A stretch of 64,000 bases of DNA from IMG/VR virus record IMGVR_UViG_3300043398_000057. The stretch is one strand, 5' to 3'. The DNA comes from a virus. Both the position numbers and the translations under genes were made by a program. Shown here piece after piece: positions 21,788-32,924 of this stretch (positions are counted from its first letter, which is position 1; each line of letters opens with the position of its first letter). The notes under the pieces were generated by a model that did no database searches, was not told the origin of the DNA, and worked only from the letters and a program-made list of their open reading frames with translations.

Positions 21788-22345
21788 TTAACCACGGTCT
21801 TCCAGCTTGACAGATTCTTCGATGATTCGAGCGAACTTTGCTTCCAAAACAGGATTTTGTTGGTTGAATTCTTCGGCACTTTGGTAGTATTCGAGTGAAA
21901 CCTTAAACTCACCATCTCTACCTTGGTACAGAATTTTGTACGTCTTCACCGGATCAGGCTTGATACGAAACTCGCAATGTGGGTGCGTCAGACAATCAGT
22001 ATGCGCGGCTTCAACCCAAATATCATCATCTTCGTCTTTGTATTGCAGTTGAATGTTCTTGTTGTTTGCAATAGCAATGAGGATTTCCGCGTGTGGATGG
22101 CGCAAAACATCTTCGGTATGTTCCAGACACTCAAACGGAATACCGAGAAAATCACGATATCCGGAAGAATTGGTGAATTCAACCCTGCAATAGTCACTGT
22201 ACACTTTTGTGACTGTCATGACGCAATCATTGGGGATACTTTTTTCAAATGCGAGACTCCAACCAACCCGACTCTGAAGTTCGTCGAGTGAAAGTGCATT
22301 TCGGATGAAGCGAACAGTGTCGCCAACGTAGAAAGTTTTTTCCAT
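21788..22345 (-). CDS. Hypothetical protein, family B
   Basis: HPHAE...RIKPDPVK.YKILY...AEEF...FARII is shared with 22348-22950. Confidence 0.65.
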   Translation of the reverse strand: MEKTFYVGDTVRFIRNALSLDELQSRVGWSLAFEKSIPNDCVMTVTKVYSDYCRVEFTNSSGYRDFLGIPFECLEHTEDVLRHPHAEILIAIANNKNIQLQYKDEDDDIWVEAAHTDCLTHPHCEFRIKPDPVKTYKILYQGRDGEFKVSLEYYQSAEEFNQQNPVLEAKFARIIEESVKLEDRG

Positions 22346-22347
22346 GA

Positions 22348-22950
22348 TTAGACCTTCGTGTTATGAGATTCAACAAACTTTTCGGTTTCGGGAATGATTC
22401 GAGCGAAATCAAAATTCGAACCGGAATATGATTTCGTGAATTCTTCAGCATCTTTGTACATGCCCTGACTGATTTCGACATTACCACCTAGAGAGTAGAG
22501 AATTTTGTACTTCTTCACCGGATCAGGCTTGATACGATATTCTACACCAACAATGAAGATTGGGCTTGCAGTGTCAACCCAAGCACCATCAGTTTTATCA
22601 TAAGTTTGAAATTTCAGCGTGCAGTCATTTGCATACGCGATCATTAGATCAGCATGAGGATGCCTGTTCGGAGACTGTACAACAGGTTCTTCAACAAAGT
22701 GTTCAAGGCATTCAATTGGAACATTGATACTATTCCAATTCCCATCTTTTGTGGTGTATTCAACACATGCGATGGTTCGACCCTTCATGCCAATTTCAAA
22801 AGAAGAAAATTTGTGTTCCGAACCTGCGAGAATCTTTTCTTGCAGTTCTGATGACCAATAAATGTAGTTGTCCCGAATGTCTCGAATCGAAATACGGGGG
22901 ATGAAAACCACACGGTCACCACTTTTGAACTTTTCATGTTCCATGATCAA
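22348..22950 (-). CDS. Hypothetical protein, family B
   Basis: Tandem paralog of 21788-22345. Confidence 0.65.
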   Translation of the reverse strand: MIMEHEKFKSGDRVVFIPRISIRDIRDNYIYWSSELQEKILAGSEHKFSSFEIGMKGRTIACVEYTTKDGNWNSINVPIECLEHFVEEPVVQSPNRHPHADLMIAYANDCTLKFQTYDKTDGAWVDTASPIFIVGVEYRIKPDPVKKYKILYSLGGNVEISQGMYKDAEEFTKSYSGSNFDFARIIPETEKFVESHNTKV

Positions 22951-22998
22951 AACTCTTTCTTTACGATGTTCCTATTGTCACTGTGTACGGATTCTTTG

Positions 22999-23355
22999 TC
23001 AAATCAGTATAAACCCTTTGTTGTTTTCAACATACAGTTTTGCATACTTTGCTTTGTGAACCGGTTCGTCATTCGACTTCATGAAAAAGTGTCCGGCGAC
23101 ATAGGGATTGTACGAAACTTCTTCTTCACCATGATGTGAAAATGGTTTTGTGATCAGGGTGCCAACAGCGAATGCATGAACATTCTTTTGCTTTTCCTTG
23201 ATCACTCGTTGGCGAGATGCCTCACTTACCTTAAACACAACATCGCGAAGATACACCTCATGGCAATGCGCAATGACAATACCCTTTCTGTCACCTTCAT
23301 TTGCCATGATGCTAAACATCTTTTTCTGAATGTTGAAATAAACCTTAACTCTCAT
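22999..23355 (-). CDS. Conserved phage hypothetical protein
   Basis: V.VYFN..K..FS...G.VIAH...V.L.DV.FKVSEA.RQRV..EK.KNVHAF motif. Confidence 0.7.
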   Translation of the reverse strand: MRVKVYFNIQKKMFSIMANEGDRKGIVIAHCHEVYLRDVVFKVSEASRQRVIKEKQKNVHAFAVGTLITKPFSHHGEEEVSYNPYVAGHFFMKSNDEPVHKAKYAKLYVENNKGFILI

Positions 23356-24303
23356 TTGGTGTTCGGGTGTTCCACTTTTTCACACATTGATCAATACCGA
23401 CCGCCGAAATTTCGGCACCACAACCAAAATTGTGTTCGGTGCAATGCATAGTGTAAATCAGTTTTCGGGAGATTTCATTGTCCCCCGTTGGAAGATGATA
23501 GTAGTCAGTGACCGATTTGTGTTCATACCGGTCATAATCTTCATGATTACCTTCATAGCGAAACTCTGAACCCGTTGGATAGAGGTAGTCATGAAGGTCA
23601 TCCGAGAAGAATCTTTTACCACAGAACGGGCAAGGCTTTGGTGTAGGAATTTTCATTATCCGGGTCCGAAATTTGTCGTTGGTTTGGTTGCTTCATTAAC
23701 AATGAAACGCCAAATCCTTTTGTACCATGGCGCTTTTGGTTCTTCACGTTGTTCGAACCACTTTGCATCATGTCCACAAAGTTCTTCATCATTTCGAGTT
23801 CGGTCACATGAAAAATGCTCAAAAGTTTCACCATTAAAAACATAGTCACGTTTTGTGCATACTTTGGGCGACTTCAAACATTTGACTTCGTAAGGACTAC
23901 CACTTTTATGTGTAAACCCAATGGTCGAATTCTTGCACTGCGAACAAAGTTTGATTGAATCAGTCATTATGACTTTCCGGGTCAGTTTGAGTGTAGTACC
24001 AATGCAGATAATTGATTTCATCATCACCGTCAATGAAAATCTTCTGGTTTGTTTCTTCGGCATATTGAGCGCGAAGCATCATTTCATAGTAGTGATCAAT
24101 ATGGCGTTCGATTGCAGCAGCCTTCAAATGCAGTCTATCAATGTCCGGTTCACCCATGAGAAACTTGTAAATTTTCCCACGCTTAGAGAACTTTTCATAT
24201 TCATCGGCAATCGCCTTTTCGGCGCGAACAAGACGTTGTTGATGAAAGTTCTTTCGATATTCGGCAAACGCCTTGATAGATTTTGGTTCGTAATGCATAT
24301 GAG

Positions 24304-24509
24304 TTATTCCAATGTTCCGAGATTGAGCACAACATCACCCTTGTGATTCTTTGCAATTTTTGTCGCGGCTTCAATTGTTGAGCTTGTGTTTGTTGAACCG
24401 CTTACACCAATTTGCCTCCAAATAAGAGGAAACCACCAAAACTTTACTTGGCCTCATACCCACAAAAGTTGTCACTGACAATTCGATAACGGTTCTTGAA
24501 AATGTTCAT
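24304..24509 (-). pseudogene. Small gene apparently broken by a 1-nt deletion
   Basis: MNIFKNRYRIVSDNFCGYEA| continues as QVKFWWFPLIWRQIG...LE* in another frame. Span is 206 nt (3n-1). Confidence 0.55.
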
Positions 24510-24519
24510 AAATTTCACC

Positions 24520-25557
24520 TTATTCGTTTTTGCCAAGCCACTTGTTAGAAACAACCTTGAAAGACCCACGACCATTCAAATGCTTGAAAACCAAACCTTC
24601 GCGGGCAACCTTCGGGTTCAGCGATGAAATGCCATCGGCTTGCTTAATGAAAGTTTCAATGTCCATGTCTTGAGGAATGGTGTATTCACTTTCCACCACT
24701 GGAACATGGTCTTTCCTGAAACCGTGAGTCACACAGAGACTGTAAACAGTTTCCGGTGGGAGATATTCTTGCGTGTCGATGTTGAAAATGTTGTAGATTC
24801 GAATCTCATGCTTCTTCAATTTGTAATGATTCGATTCGATACCGGGACCGATCAGTTCACCTTGAAATGCGAGGTTACCAGGGTACAGTTCCAACCATTC
24901 GACAAACCCAAGTTCTCGCGCAGTTTTCCAATAAGTTCCGCCATTGTCAACAAGTTCAACATTTCGGGCGCAAACACCGATTTGACCTTCATTCTTGTAG
25001 ATTGTGATAGAACCACCATCCAACTTTTCAGTCACTTGAAACTTTGTGCCAATCTCCTTATAGACTTCGAACAGGTTCGCGATGTTTTGAATCCGTTCTT
25101 GATCAGTCTTTGGAATGATCCATGCGGGGAATTCACCCTTGGTATCAGCACCAAGGAATTCGGAAGGACGTTCCCACTTCAGGATGCCCAAAATTTCAGA
25201 AACATCGTAACCTTCATCAAGGCAGTCTGTCATACTACCACGTTCTTCAAGAATCTTCAGAGGCAAAACAAGACCCTGAGAGTATTGGCCCTTGAACTTT
25301 CTGGTGCGCAGGCGTTGACCGATAACGCCATCATATTCCATTGGAGATTCGTCATGTCGAGTCAGAAATGGTGCAATATCATGCGGAATGAATGAATCGA
25401 TTTCACAGTAAACAACCCTGTCACCGATTTGATATCCCATTTCCTTTTGTGTGACAACCTTCCAACCACCGAAGTGCAGAAGATGAATGAAGTCAGCACC
25501 TTCAATCGGTGTGATGTTGTCGATTCGGCGGATAGACGCCAGCTTACGTTCTGCCAT
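24520..25557 (-). CDS. RNA ligase, DRB0094/Rnl2-like
   Basis: RKLASI..I..I.PIEGAD.I, IPKTDQERIQN, TEKLDG, QGELIGPGI, REGLVFK, SFK.VSN motifs. Confidence 0.9.
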   Translation of the reverse strand: MAERKLASIRRIDNITPIEGADFIHLLHFGGWKVVTQKEMGYQIGDRVVYCEIDSFIPHDIAPFLTRHDESPMEYDGVIGQRLRTRKFKGQYSQGLVLPLKILEERGSMTDCLDEGYDVSEILGILKWERPSEFLGADTKGEFPAWIIPKTDQERIQNIANLFEVYKEIGTKFQVTEKLDGGSITIYKNEGQIGVCARNVELVDNGGTYWKTARELGFVEWLELYPGNLAFQGELIGPGIESNHYKLKKHEIRIYNIFNIDTQEYLPPETVYSLCVTHGFRKDHVPVVESEYTIPQDMDIETFIKQADGISSLNPKVAREGLVFKHLNGRGSFKVVSNKWLGKNE

Positions 25558-26393
25558 TTTTCAATCCTTTGCTTTCCGTTTATTTGTCTTCGGGTTCGTC
25601 AATGACCCACGACTTCCCGATCACAACACCATTGTTCACACTTTGAAAACTGAAAACGTCATCCATGATTTCATTGGTTTCGTGACTAATCCATTGAACA
25701 AGGATATCATTTTTTCGGATGGTTGCAACAAATTGAACACCGACATTGTTATGTCTGAAACTGAACTTGAATCCTTGGAACTTGTCAGGGTGTTGAATTG
25801 CCAACAGAACCTGTTCACGGCTAGCGGGAATCTTGGCCAGTGACATAACCTTGGGTTCCCAAAAGAACAGCATCTGGCTTTCTTCTTTAAGACGCATGAA
25901 GTAATTTTCAAACGCTTGTTCATCAAACTTGTGAACGATGTATTCATCACCATCAAAACACATTTCGTTATGATAGATTCTACCTTGTGCGAAACGGCAA
26001 CCCTCAGCTTGAATCGCCAACAGGTTTTTTGGGGTAAAGTATTCCCGAATTTCTTGAGGGAAATTGGTGCCATCGGCACGAAAGACTTGTTTAGGTTCGG
26101 TTTGATTCATTTTCAATCCTTCAGGTTAGATGCAAGTTTTTCTTCCATGTCACGCATCGCGGCATAGGTGATTGCAACGCTGTCATTGTTACCTTTGATG
26201 TAAGCATCGATGTATGGGCGAACATCTTCATCAAAGTTTTCGATGTTGAACGTCTTGCAACCGCCCAAACCACCCATACTGTTTTGAATGGATGCGGTAA
26301 AAATGTTGGATGTGACTTTCTCACCGAAAGCCTTTACTTCTGGACTTGGGTAGTTGTTCATGACAGTCATGATGAAGTGTTGCGATGTAATGA

Positions 26394-26447
26394 ATTATGG
26401 CCCCGAAGGGCCATCTTGTCAACACTGATTTTGTAACAGTTTGTAAC
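26394..26447 (-). promoter_or_regulatory. Early promoter-stem-loop cassette
   Basis: TTGACA-17 (atggccc-ttcg-gggccat)-CATAAT. Confidence 0.8.
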
Positions 26448-26846
26448 TCACTTGCGGTTCGCACCAAGCGAGTATTTTTGCTTGAGTTGCCATTGATCAC
26501 GTTCGGAGTGCTTGACGATCTTGATCATTCGAGGTGAACAAGAAACAAGTTCTTCCGATGTGACTTGCTTGCACATACCCCAATCCATCAACAGCTTTAC
26601 AATCAGATTTCGACGCGCCAAATCTTCTTCATAGATGATTGTCGGCTTACCATCCAAGTAGAACAGTTCCTTGAAATGGACAATGAAATACTTCCCGCGA
26701 CGATGCAAAATATGCGCAGTTTGCCAAAGAGTCTTTTCACCACGAACGGAAATACCAATTCGAGTCTAGGTTTCCCGAATCTTCAGAAAGTCATCAGGGT
26801 TTTCAATTGAAACCTCAACACCTACATCTTTATCAAATTCACTCAT
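26448..26846 (-). CDS. regA: Translational repressor RegA, TAG at 26766-26768
   Basis: PDDFLKIRET*TRIGI...L.Q..HILH.RGKY.IVHFKELF.LDG; compare T4 RegA PEDFLKVKETLTRMGI. Confidence 0.95.
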
Positions 26847-26884
26847 TTTTCTTGACCTCACAAATATAACTGCACATGAAATAC

Positions 26885-27310
26885 TTACTGTTTAGACCGT
26901 TTTGGCTTACTGGTTTTGGTACTCATTTTACCACCCTTACCCTTGAGGATATCGGACTTCATCTCTTCTGTTAAAATGTTGTCGATATACCATTTTGCGC
27001 GAATGAGATTGATATCATAAATGCTCATGACCATCTCTTCGAGTTCTTCATTGGTCTTTTCAGATTCTTTCTTTGCCCACTTGGAAAATGCCAAATCCTT
27101 TGGCAACCCATGATAGAAAAAGTCATATTGCGCTTTCTTTGGCAGTTCATAGAACTGATTCATGGTATTGGCGAAAAGCGCACCAACCGGTGTTTGTGAG
27201 ATTCCGCGATTAACCATGAAAGCGTTGTAATGACTTTCTTGAAAGTTGTCATCCCAAATGTCGGTCTTTTTCTTGACCGCATTGATAATGTCAAAGAATG
27301 GTGCAGACAT
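26885..27310 (-). CDS. gp62: Clamp loader small subunit gp62
   Basis: Y..FM.NR.LS-like, AN.MN, QYDF, F.KW.K motifs and synteny. Confidence 0.85.
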   Translation of the reverse strand: MSAPFFDIINAVKKKTDIWDDNFQESHYNAFMVNRGISQTPVGALFANTMNQFYELPKKAQYDFFYHGLPKDLAFSKWAKKESEKTNEELEEMVMSIYDINLIRAKWYIDNILTEEMKSDILKGKGGKMSTKTSKPKRSKQ

Positions 27311-27566
27311 TGTTAAACCTCATTAGGCCATGCGAAAACCGGTAGACCACTCAGAACACCTTCAGCAATGACAAGCCTTCCGGACAAACGTTGCAGATGT
27401 TCAACGCTTCGAATCTGAGACTTTCGCACAGAGCACAAAACAAACTTCCCATCGTTCACTTCAAGGTGATAATGATACAGCGGATCGTATGCTTCATACT
27501 CTTCATCAGTTGCGAAAGACGCTGAAATCGCGGCATCCTGAACCTTGAAATGTTCCAGAAACTTGC

Positions 27567-28481
27567 TCATTTGAACTTTGCCTTCTTCATGAATTCAACG
27601 CAAAACGCTGCAATGTTGATTTCGGGGTCGGCACCATTGTTTGAACGGTATTGATACTCACCAATGGTCAAAATGATTTCAGGAATGCAAGACGGTTCAA
27701 GAACACCATCCAAAGCCTTGTAAAGATCACGGAAAACAAGTTCAGAGGCATTGTTAGCTGCCCACTTGCGACATTCACCAAAGTTCTTTTCCTTCATTGC
27801 ACTGACCAGAGATTCAATGCTACTGGTTTGCAAATTGGTCAGAATCGATTCATCAATTTCACCACTCATTGCGAACCGTTGCAGTTCATCAATGGACTTG
27901 CGGAAGTCGGGGAAGTTCTTGTTGATCAGTGACGCGACGGCTTGCTTGTCGAACTTGATTTCTTCATTTTCAAGAATCGAGAATGCACGCTTGCTCATAC
28001 CAATCACAAGTGCCTTACGTTCATCCTGAGGAACAGTGAACGAATAGGTTCGCAGGCGAGATTGCAGGGCAGGAATGACCTTGTAGAGATTGTTTGCTGT
28101 GAAGATGAAGCTACAGGTCTTGGCGAATTGTTCAATCACACCCTTGAGCGAATCTTGAGCCTGAGATGACAGACCATCCGATTCGTCAAAGATGACAACC
28201 TTTTTGCCACCGGTCAGAGAAACCGTTGATGCAAATTGTTCAACACGGCTTCGAACCATGTCGATACCATTGTCTTTGGATGCGTTGATAAACAGCACAT
28301 CCGTTTCCAATTGGTCACAAAGAGCCATAGCAACCGTTGTCTTGCCAATACCCGGTCGGCCAACAAAAAGCATGTTAGGAATCTCGCCACTGGCGACGAT
28401 TTCATTCATTTGCTTCTTTGTTTCCTTTGGAATGATGCATTCATCAATGGTTTTTGGTCGATAATCAAATGTCCACAACAT
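27567..28481 (-). CDS. gp44: Clamp loader large subunit gp44
   Basis: YRPKTIDECI, G.PG.GKTT, INAS, DE.D, FPDFR motifs. Confidence 0.95.
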   Translation of the reverse strand: MLWTFDYRPKTIDECIIPKETKKQMNEIVASGEIPNMLFVGRPGIGKTTVAMALCDQLETDVLFINASKDNGIDMVRSRVEQFASTVSLTGGKKVVIFDESDGLSSQAQDSLKGVIEQFAKTCSFIFTANNLYKVIPALQSRLRTYSFTVPQDERKALVIGMSKRAFSILENEEIKFDKQAVASLINKNFPDFRKSIDELQRFAMSGEIDESILTNLQTSSIESLVSAMKEKNFGECRKWAANNASELVFRDLYKALDGVLEPSCIPEIILTIGEYQYRSNNGADPEINIAAFCVEFMKKAKFK

Positions 28482-28495
28482 GATGTAGTTTCTCC

Positions 28496-28672
28496 TTAAT
28501 AGACTTGGATGTAACCGGTTCGCTGATAGATTTCAGCAACCATTTCAACATTTGCCCAATCGGGAATTGTTGCAACCGAATAGTCGTCACTCATGTGAGA
28601 GTAGTATTCGACTTGATCGATTGTGCAATATGTCCCATCGGGCCAGAATGCGTATTCTACACCATGACTCAT
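28496..28672 (-). CDS. Small hypothetical protein (58 aa)
   Basis: WPDGTYC...Y.HMSDDY motif; fills the gp45-gp44 gap. Confidence 0.55.
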   Translation of the reverse strand: MSHGVEYAFWPDGTYCTIDQVEYYSHMSDDYSVATIPDWANVEMVAEIYQRTGYIQVY

Positions 28673-29334
28673 TGCGAGAACTCCGAACTAGGTTCAATAC
28701 CAAGGAACATCACATACGAACCGTTATTGTTCACCCACTTGGTGATTTTCTTCTTCGACACTTCGACGCTGTAATCACCATCAATCATCTTCATGTTGTC
28801 CAGATTGAACACAACCGAGAAGTCTTCTTCAAACTTGTCTGACAGTTCAACCGTGAAAATGTTGCTCGAAGGTGTGGTCTTGTCATAGACATTGGCAACA
28901 AACTTGCCATCCTTGGAAACAAAGGCAACTTCGTTCAAACCAAGCGTCTTCGCCGCCTTGTCAATCGAATTCTTCAGAGTTTGGGTCACATTGAATGTGA
29001 AGTCGGTTTGAGGGAACTTGACCGTATTGGGGTAATCACTCAGAAGTGCCTTGTCAGTGGTTCGGTACTTGACGTTGACCGAATTTTCGCTGATCGAAAG
29101 AACACCGTTCGAGAACGTCAGTTCAGGCGATGCAAACATACCAAGAACATTCAGGAATTCTCGCATGTCATAAATTCCGAACTCGTCATCAAAAGCATCC
29201 GGCAGTGTTGCCACCACAACCGAAGTTTTTGCTGGTGCCATGGTCTTTTGAGTGTTGCCAGCAATGAACCATGCATTGCTATTGATTTGACCGAAGTTCT
29301 TCAGGATTTCGATAGATTCTTTGCTCAGTTTCAT
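28669..29334 (-). CDS. gp45: Sliding clamp gp45
   Basis: MKLSKE...ILKNF..IN, FGIYD..EFL, N.KM..GDY.V motifs. Confidence 0.95.
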   Translation of the reverse strand: MKLSKESIEILKNFGQINSNAWFIAGNTQKTMAPAKTSVVVATLPDAFDDEFGIYDMREFLNVLGMFASPELTFSNGVLSISENSVNVKYRTTDKALLSDYPNTVKFPQTDFTFNVTQTLKNSIDKAAKTLGLNEVAFVSKDGKFVANVYDKTTPSSNIFTVELSDKFEEDFSVVFNLDNMKMIDGDYSVEVSKKKITKWVNNNGSYVMFLGIEPSSEFSQ

Positions 29335-29346
29335 GATTAACCTTTC

Positions 29347-30717
29347 TTACATTGTCCAACCGGAAAAGTCTGTTGTTCCGGTACTTTCACCACCATTGTT
29401 GATAACATCCGACATTTGGGCTTGCGCCTTTTGGGTCTGAGTGTTGTCAACATCATACCACATCATCTTGTCTGTATCGACGCCAATCGCGAAGCAATTG
29501 TAGTAGTCGATTGATCCAAAACGATTCTTCAATTGCTTGATAATACGTTGCTTCATAGCCTTCAGGTCATCTGAAGTGATCATGACGAACATGCTGTCAA
29601 GCGTCATTGGGATACCCCAAGATTCCGAAACATCATTCATTCCCGGGTCAGAGCTTCCGCCACCACCACGGGTTGTTTGCACGGCAGTCCATACAACAGT
29701 GTTTGTCTAAATTGCCATAGACCGCAACTCTTCAGCAACCGATTTTTGTAGCGTGAATGAGTTTGCTTGAGTGTTCTTAACTCTAGCCGAACCAACGATA
29801 CCCATATAGTCAACCACGATCTAATCGGGTACGAAATTCTTAACTCTTTTCAGTTCATCGATCAGGGCTAGAAAATGGTTAGCGTTTGCGCCACCGGTAG
29901 GAAACTCTCTAACGATCAGTTTACCGAAACCCTTGTCTTTCAGACTGTTGATGCGTGAAATAAAATCACTCTTTGTCATACGCATCAATTGATCTTGGTC
30001 AACTTCAAAACGGCATTGGTCGAAACGTTTTGAGATTTCTTCCTGAGCCATTTCAGCGGTAATGTACAAAACATTGTATCCAGCATTCAATGCGCCACGC
30101 GCAATGTTTACCAGACCAAGGGTTTTACCCGCATGGGGCGGCGCCATCAAAGCATTCAGGGTTTTTCTTGTTGGCCCACCACGCATCACCTTATCGAAAA
30201 ATGGATGCCCCGTGGGAATCTTCAAATCCTTCTTGTGGTAATACTCGAAACGGTTTTCAGCATCATCCTCATAATCATGCCCAACTCGCGTGTCGAATTT
30301 AACGCTTAGTGCATCCTGAAGAATTGATGGGATAGCATCAGAAGAACGTTTTTCATCATCACCATTGGCAATGGTGATACTTTCCATGAGTGCATTGAAA
30401 AGTGCATTATCCTTACAGAAAGTCTCAGTTTCATCAATCAGCCAAGAAACCTCATACTCTTTCGAGAAGTCGATTGATTCTAGCTTTTCTGTAATACCAT
30501 CAAGAACACTTTCGGTCTAGTTCTTCGCCTTTGACAACGAGATTTCAACTTGTTCCTTTGTGGGGCAACGCTTGTACTTGTCAAACAGATGAACGATGAT
30601 TTTCAGAAGAACCTTATCAGACTTTTCCTTAAAGTATTCTTCCTTCAGATGTGGAATGACTTGCTTTGCGTAAGCCTCATACTTCATCAAACCGGTAAAA
30701 ATTAGTGTTTCAATCAA
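29347..30717 (-). CDS. gp41: Replicative helicase gp41, TAG at 30517, 29821, 29707
   Basis: Three ORF pieces join into one 457-codon frame: VGHDY, Walker A APPHAGKT, YIT.EMA, FVPD*IVVDY, AEELR, QTTR, KQLKNR. Confidence 0.95.
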
Positions 30718-30804
30718 TGTGTGAACCCCTTATAGTTCTGTGCCTCAACTGCTACTATTGTAACACAGTTGAGGCACATTCAGTTACGCGCGAAAAGGGT
30801 TTAC

Positions 30805-31878
30805 TTAATCGTCACTATCCAGTGCATCGATTTCAGCCTCTCGATTGCGGGACTCTTCCAGCTTGTGACCAAGTTTGTACTTGCCCATGATGAAATTGTC
30901 GAACTTGTCACACTTGAGAATATCGGACCAGAATTCTTCGGTTTCGGTATCCTTCAGGCGCAGCTTACCACCAATCAGTTCACCGGTAGAGATATCAACC
31001 TTTTGATACCAACCTTGATTGGGCTTGACAACGTGACCGGATTCAAGTGCAATATCCATCAGACCGGAATAGGTCTTGATACCACCATCAAAGGTAACGG
31101 TAAATTCCAGCTTTGACTTTTCCTTGACGTAACGCGACTTTTCAACAGTCAGCTTAAAGTTGTATCCGATCAGGTCGGTTCCTTCTTTTTCTTGACTCTT
31201 TGTGATGATGAAGCCAGTGTTTGCACTGTACATCAGACCGGTACCACCGCTGATGATGGCCTTAGAGTACATTTCCATGGTGTTGTAGGTGTGGCAGATT
31301 GCCAAACATGGAATGTCTTTTGCTACCAGCGAAGGTGTCACCATACGGAACAACGACTTGATGGACTTTGCACGTTGCATGTCGGCAACAGACTTTTCAT
31401 CAAGTGCGTCTTCAAGTTCCTTCAACGATGCAGTGTTACCAATCGAGTCAATCGCAATGATGACCTTATCGCCACGTTCGATTTCCTTGAGTTGACGAAC
31501 AATGTCAAACTTCAACATTTCGATATGTTCGATAGGAATGTGAATAACTCGCGACGGATCGATACCATGGGTCTTCAGGTACGCGGGGGTAATACCACCT
31601 TCCGAATCGTACAGAATGCAAACAGCTTCGGCATACTTGTCGAGATATGCCTTGACACACAGAAGCGTCAGAAGAGTTTTGTAGGACTTTGATTCACCGG
31701 CAATAAGGGTCTAACCACTTGACATACCACCACGAGTAGAACCAGAATACGCCACGTTGATGATAGGAATGTCAACCTGAATCACATCCTTGTCATGAAA
31801 CATCACCGATTCACTCAGAACAGAGGCATTCTTGGTGGGTGATGCCTTCAGAAGTTTTTCCATCAGTTTACTAGCCAT
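30805..31878 (-). CDS. uvsX: RecA-like recombinase UvsX, TAG at 31711-31713
   Basis: NVA.SG...GGMSSG*TLIAGESKSYKT, YDSE.G, IDSIGN.AS.KE.EDA, DM.RAK..KSLFR motifs. Confidence 0.95.
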
Positions 31879-31952
31879 GTTTTTCCTTTACGTTAAATGG
31901 GCCTTATCGTATTTTCCGTGAGTGCCCAACCTCACGAATCTTAGTTAGGGTG

Positions 31953-32924
31953 TCAGCCGAAGAAACTTGTAATGTCAGCGGCATCAGGGATGACAACACC
32001 AGCAGCACTCAGGAAGTCTTCAACAGGCTTCATGAACGACTTTTCCCACATTGTACCATAGTCAATGTAAGGTTCCATCTTGAACTCGCTAGGCAGCTTG
32101 TCAATGAAACCAATCACATTGTTCTTGGTCGGATTGGGCAACACGGTATAGACAAACTTCATTTTGTCGCCCGGGTTGATGTTAGGAACATCGTTTTCAA
32201 GTTTCTTGTCCTTGACCATCATGTTATGGACAATCGATGCGCGAACGTGAATAGGGCAACCCTTCTTGGGACCGGTAGGCGTTTCCCATTTAGCGATATC
32301 CTTTACCCCACGCGGGAATGCGATTTCTTCGGGCTTTGCATTCATGTAGATTTCGCGGGTCTTTTCGATATGGTTTTGAATCTTTCCAATGTCTTCGTCC
32401 AAAAGCATTGGCAACATATCGGTTAGATGGGTTCTAACAATTTGGGGCGTGGAAGAACGGACAACAGTGATGCCCATGATCTTCAAATCACCTTCAGGAT
32501 ATTCAACACCTTCATTGTTGTAAACGCGGGTCATGTACATCTTCTTAGCAATCATCAAAGCCCGATCAGCAACGAATTCTCGCTTGAATGATAGCCGTGT
32601 AGCATCGAGGTTCAAATAATCGCTCAGAGAGGCCATAGAGGCGTTCAGGATGGGTTGAATCTTGGCATCGATCACCTTGATCAGACCGTTTGTGATCTTG
32701 GTCTTGTCTTCAACACCGGACATGTACTTCTTAACAATCTCGTCAAGACTGAAAAGAACGGAGTCAGTGTCAGTGTAGAACCTTGAGTTACATCCGAACA
32801 GTTCTTGATACCATTTATCAATTCCGTCACCAGCATATCGAACCATGCATTGACCTGTCAGTGTAATGCCTTCAGACAATCGAGAATCCTGAAGGAAGAA
32901 CCAATCGTTTGCGGTTGCGCCATA
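31953..32924 (-). CDS. gp43: DNA polymerase gp43B, exon 2
   Basis: YGA..N.WF, ITLTGQ, YTDTDS (motif C), KKMY, LKIMG...VRSSTP, FPRG, KG.PIHVR motifs. Confidence 0.92.
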   Translation of the reverse strand, partial: YGATANDWFFLQDSRLSEGITLTGQCMVRYAGDGIDKWYQELFGCNSRFYTDTDSVLFSLDEIVKKYMSGVEDKTKITNGLIKVIDAKIQPILNASMASLSDYLNLDATRLSFKREFVADRALMIAKKMYMTRVYNNEGVEYPEGDLKIMGITVVRSSTPQIVRTHLTDMLPMLLDEDIGKIQNHIEKTREIYMNAKPEEIAFPRGVKDIAKWETPTGPKKGCPIHVRASIVHNMMVKDKKLENDVPNINPGDKMKFVYTVLPNPTKNNVIGFIDKLPSEFKMEPYIDYGTMWEKSFMKPVEDFLSAAGVVIPDAADITSFFG

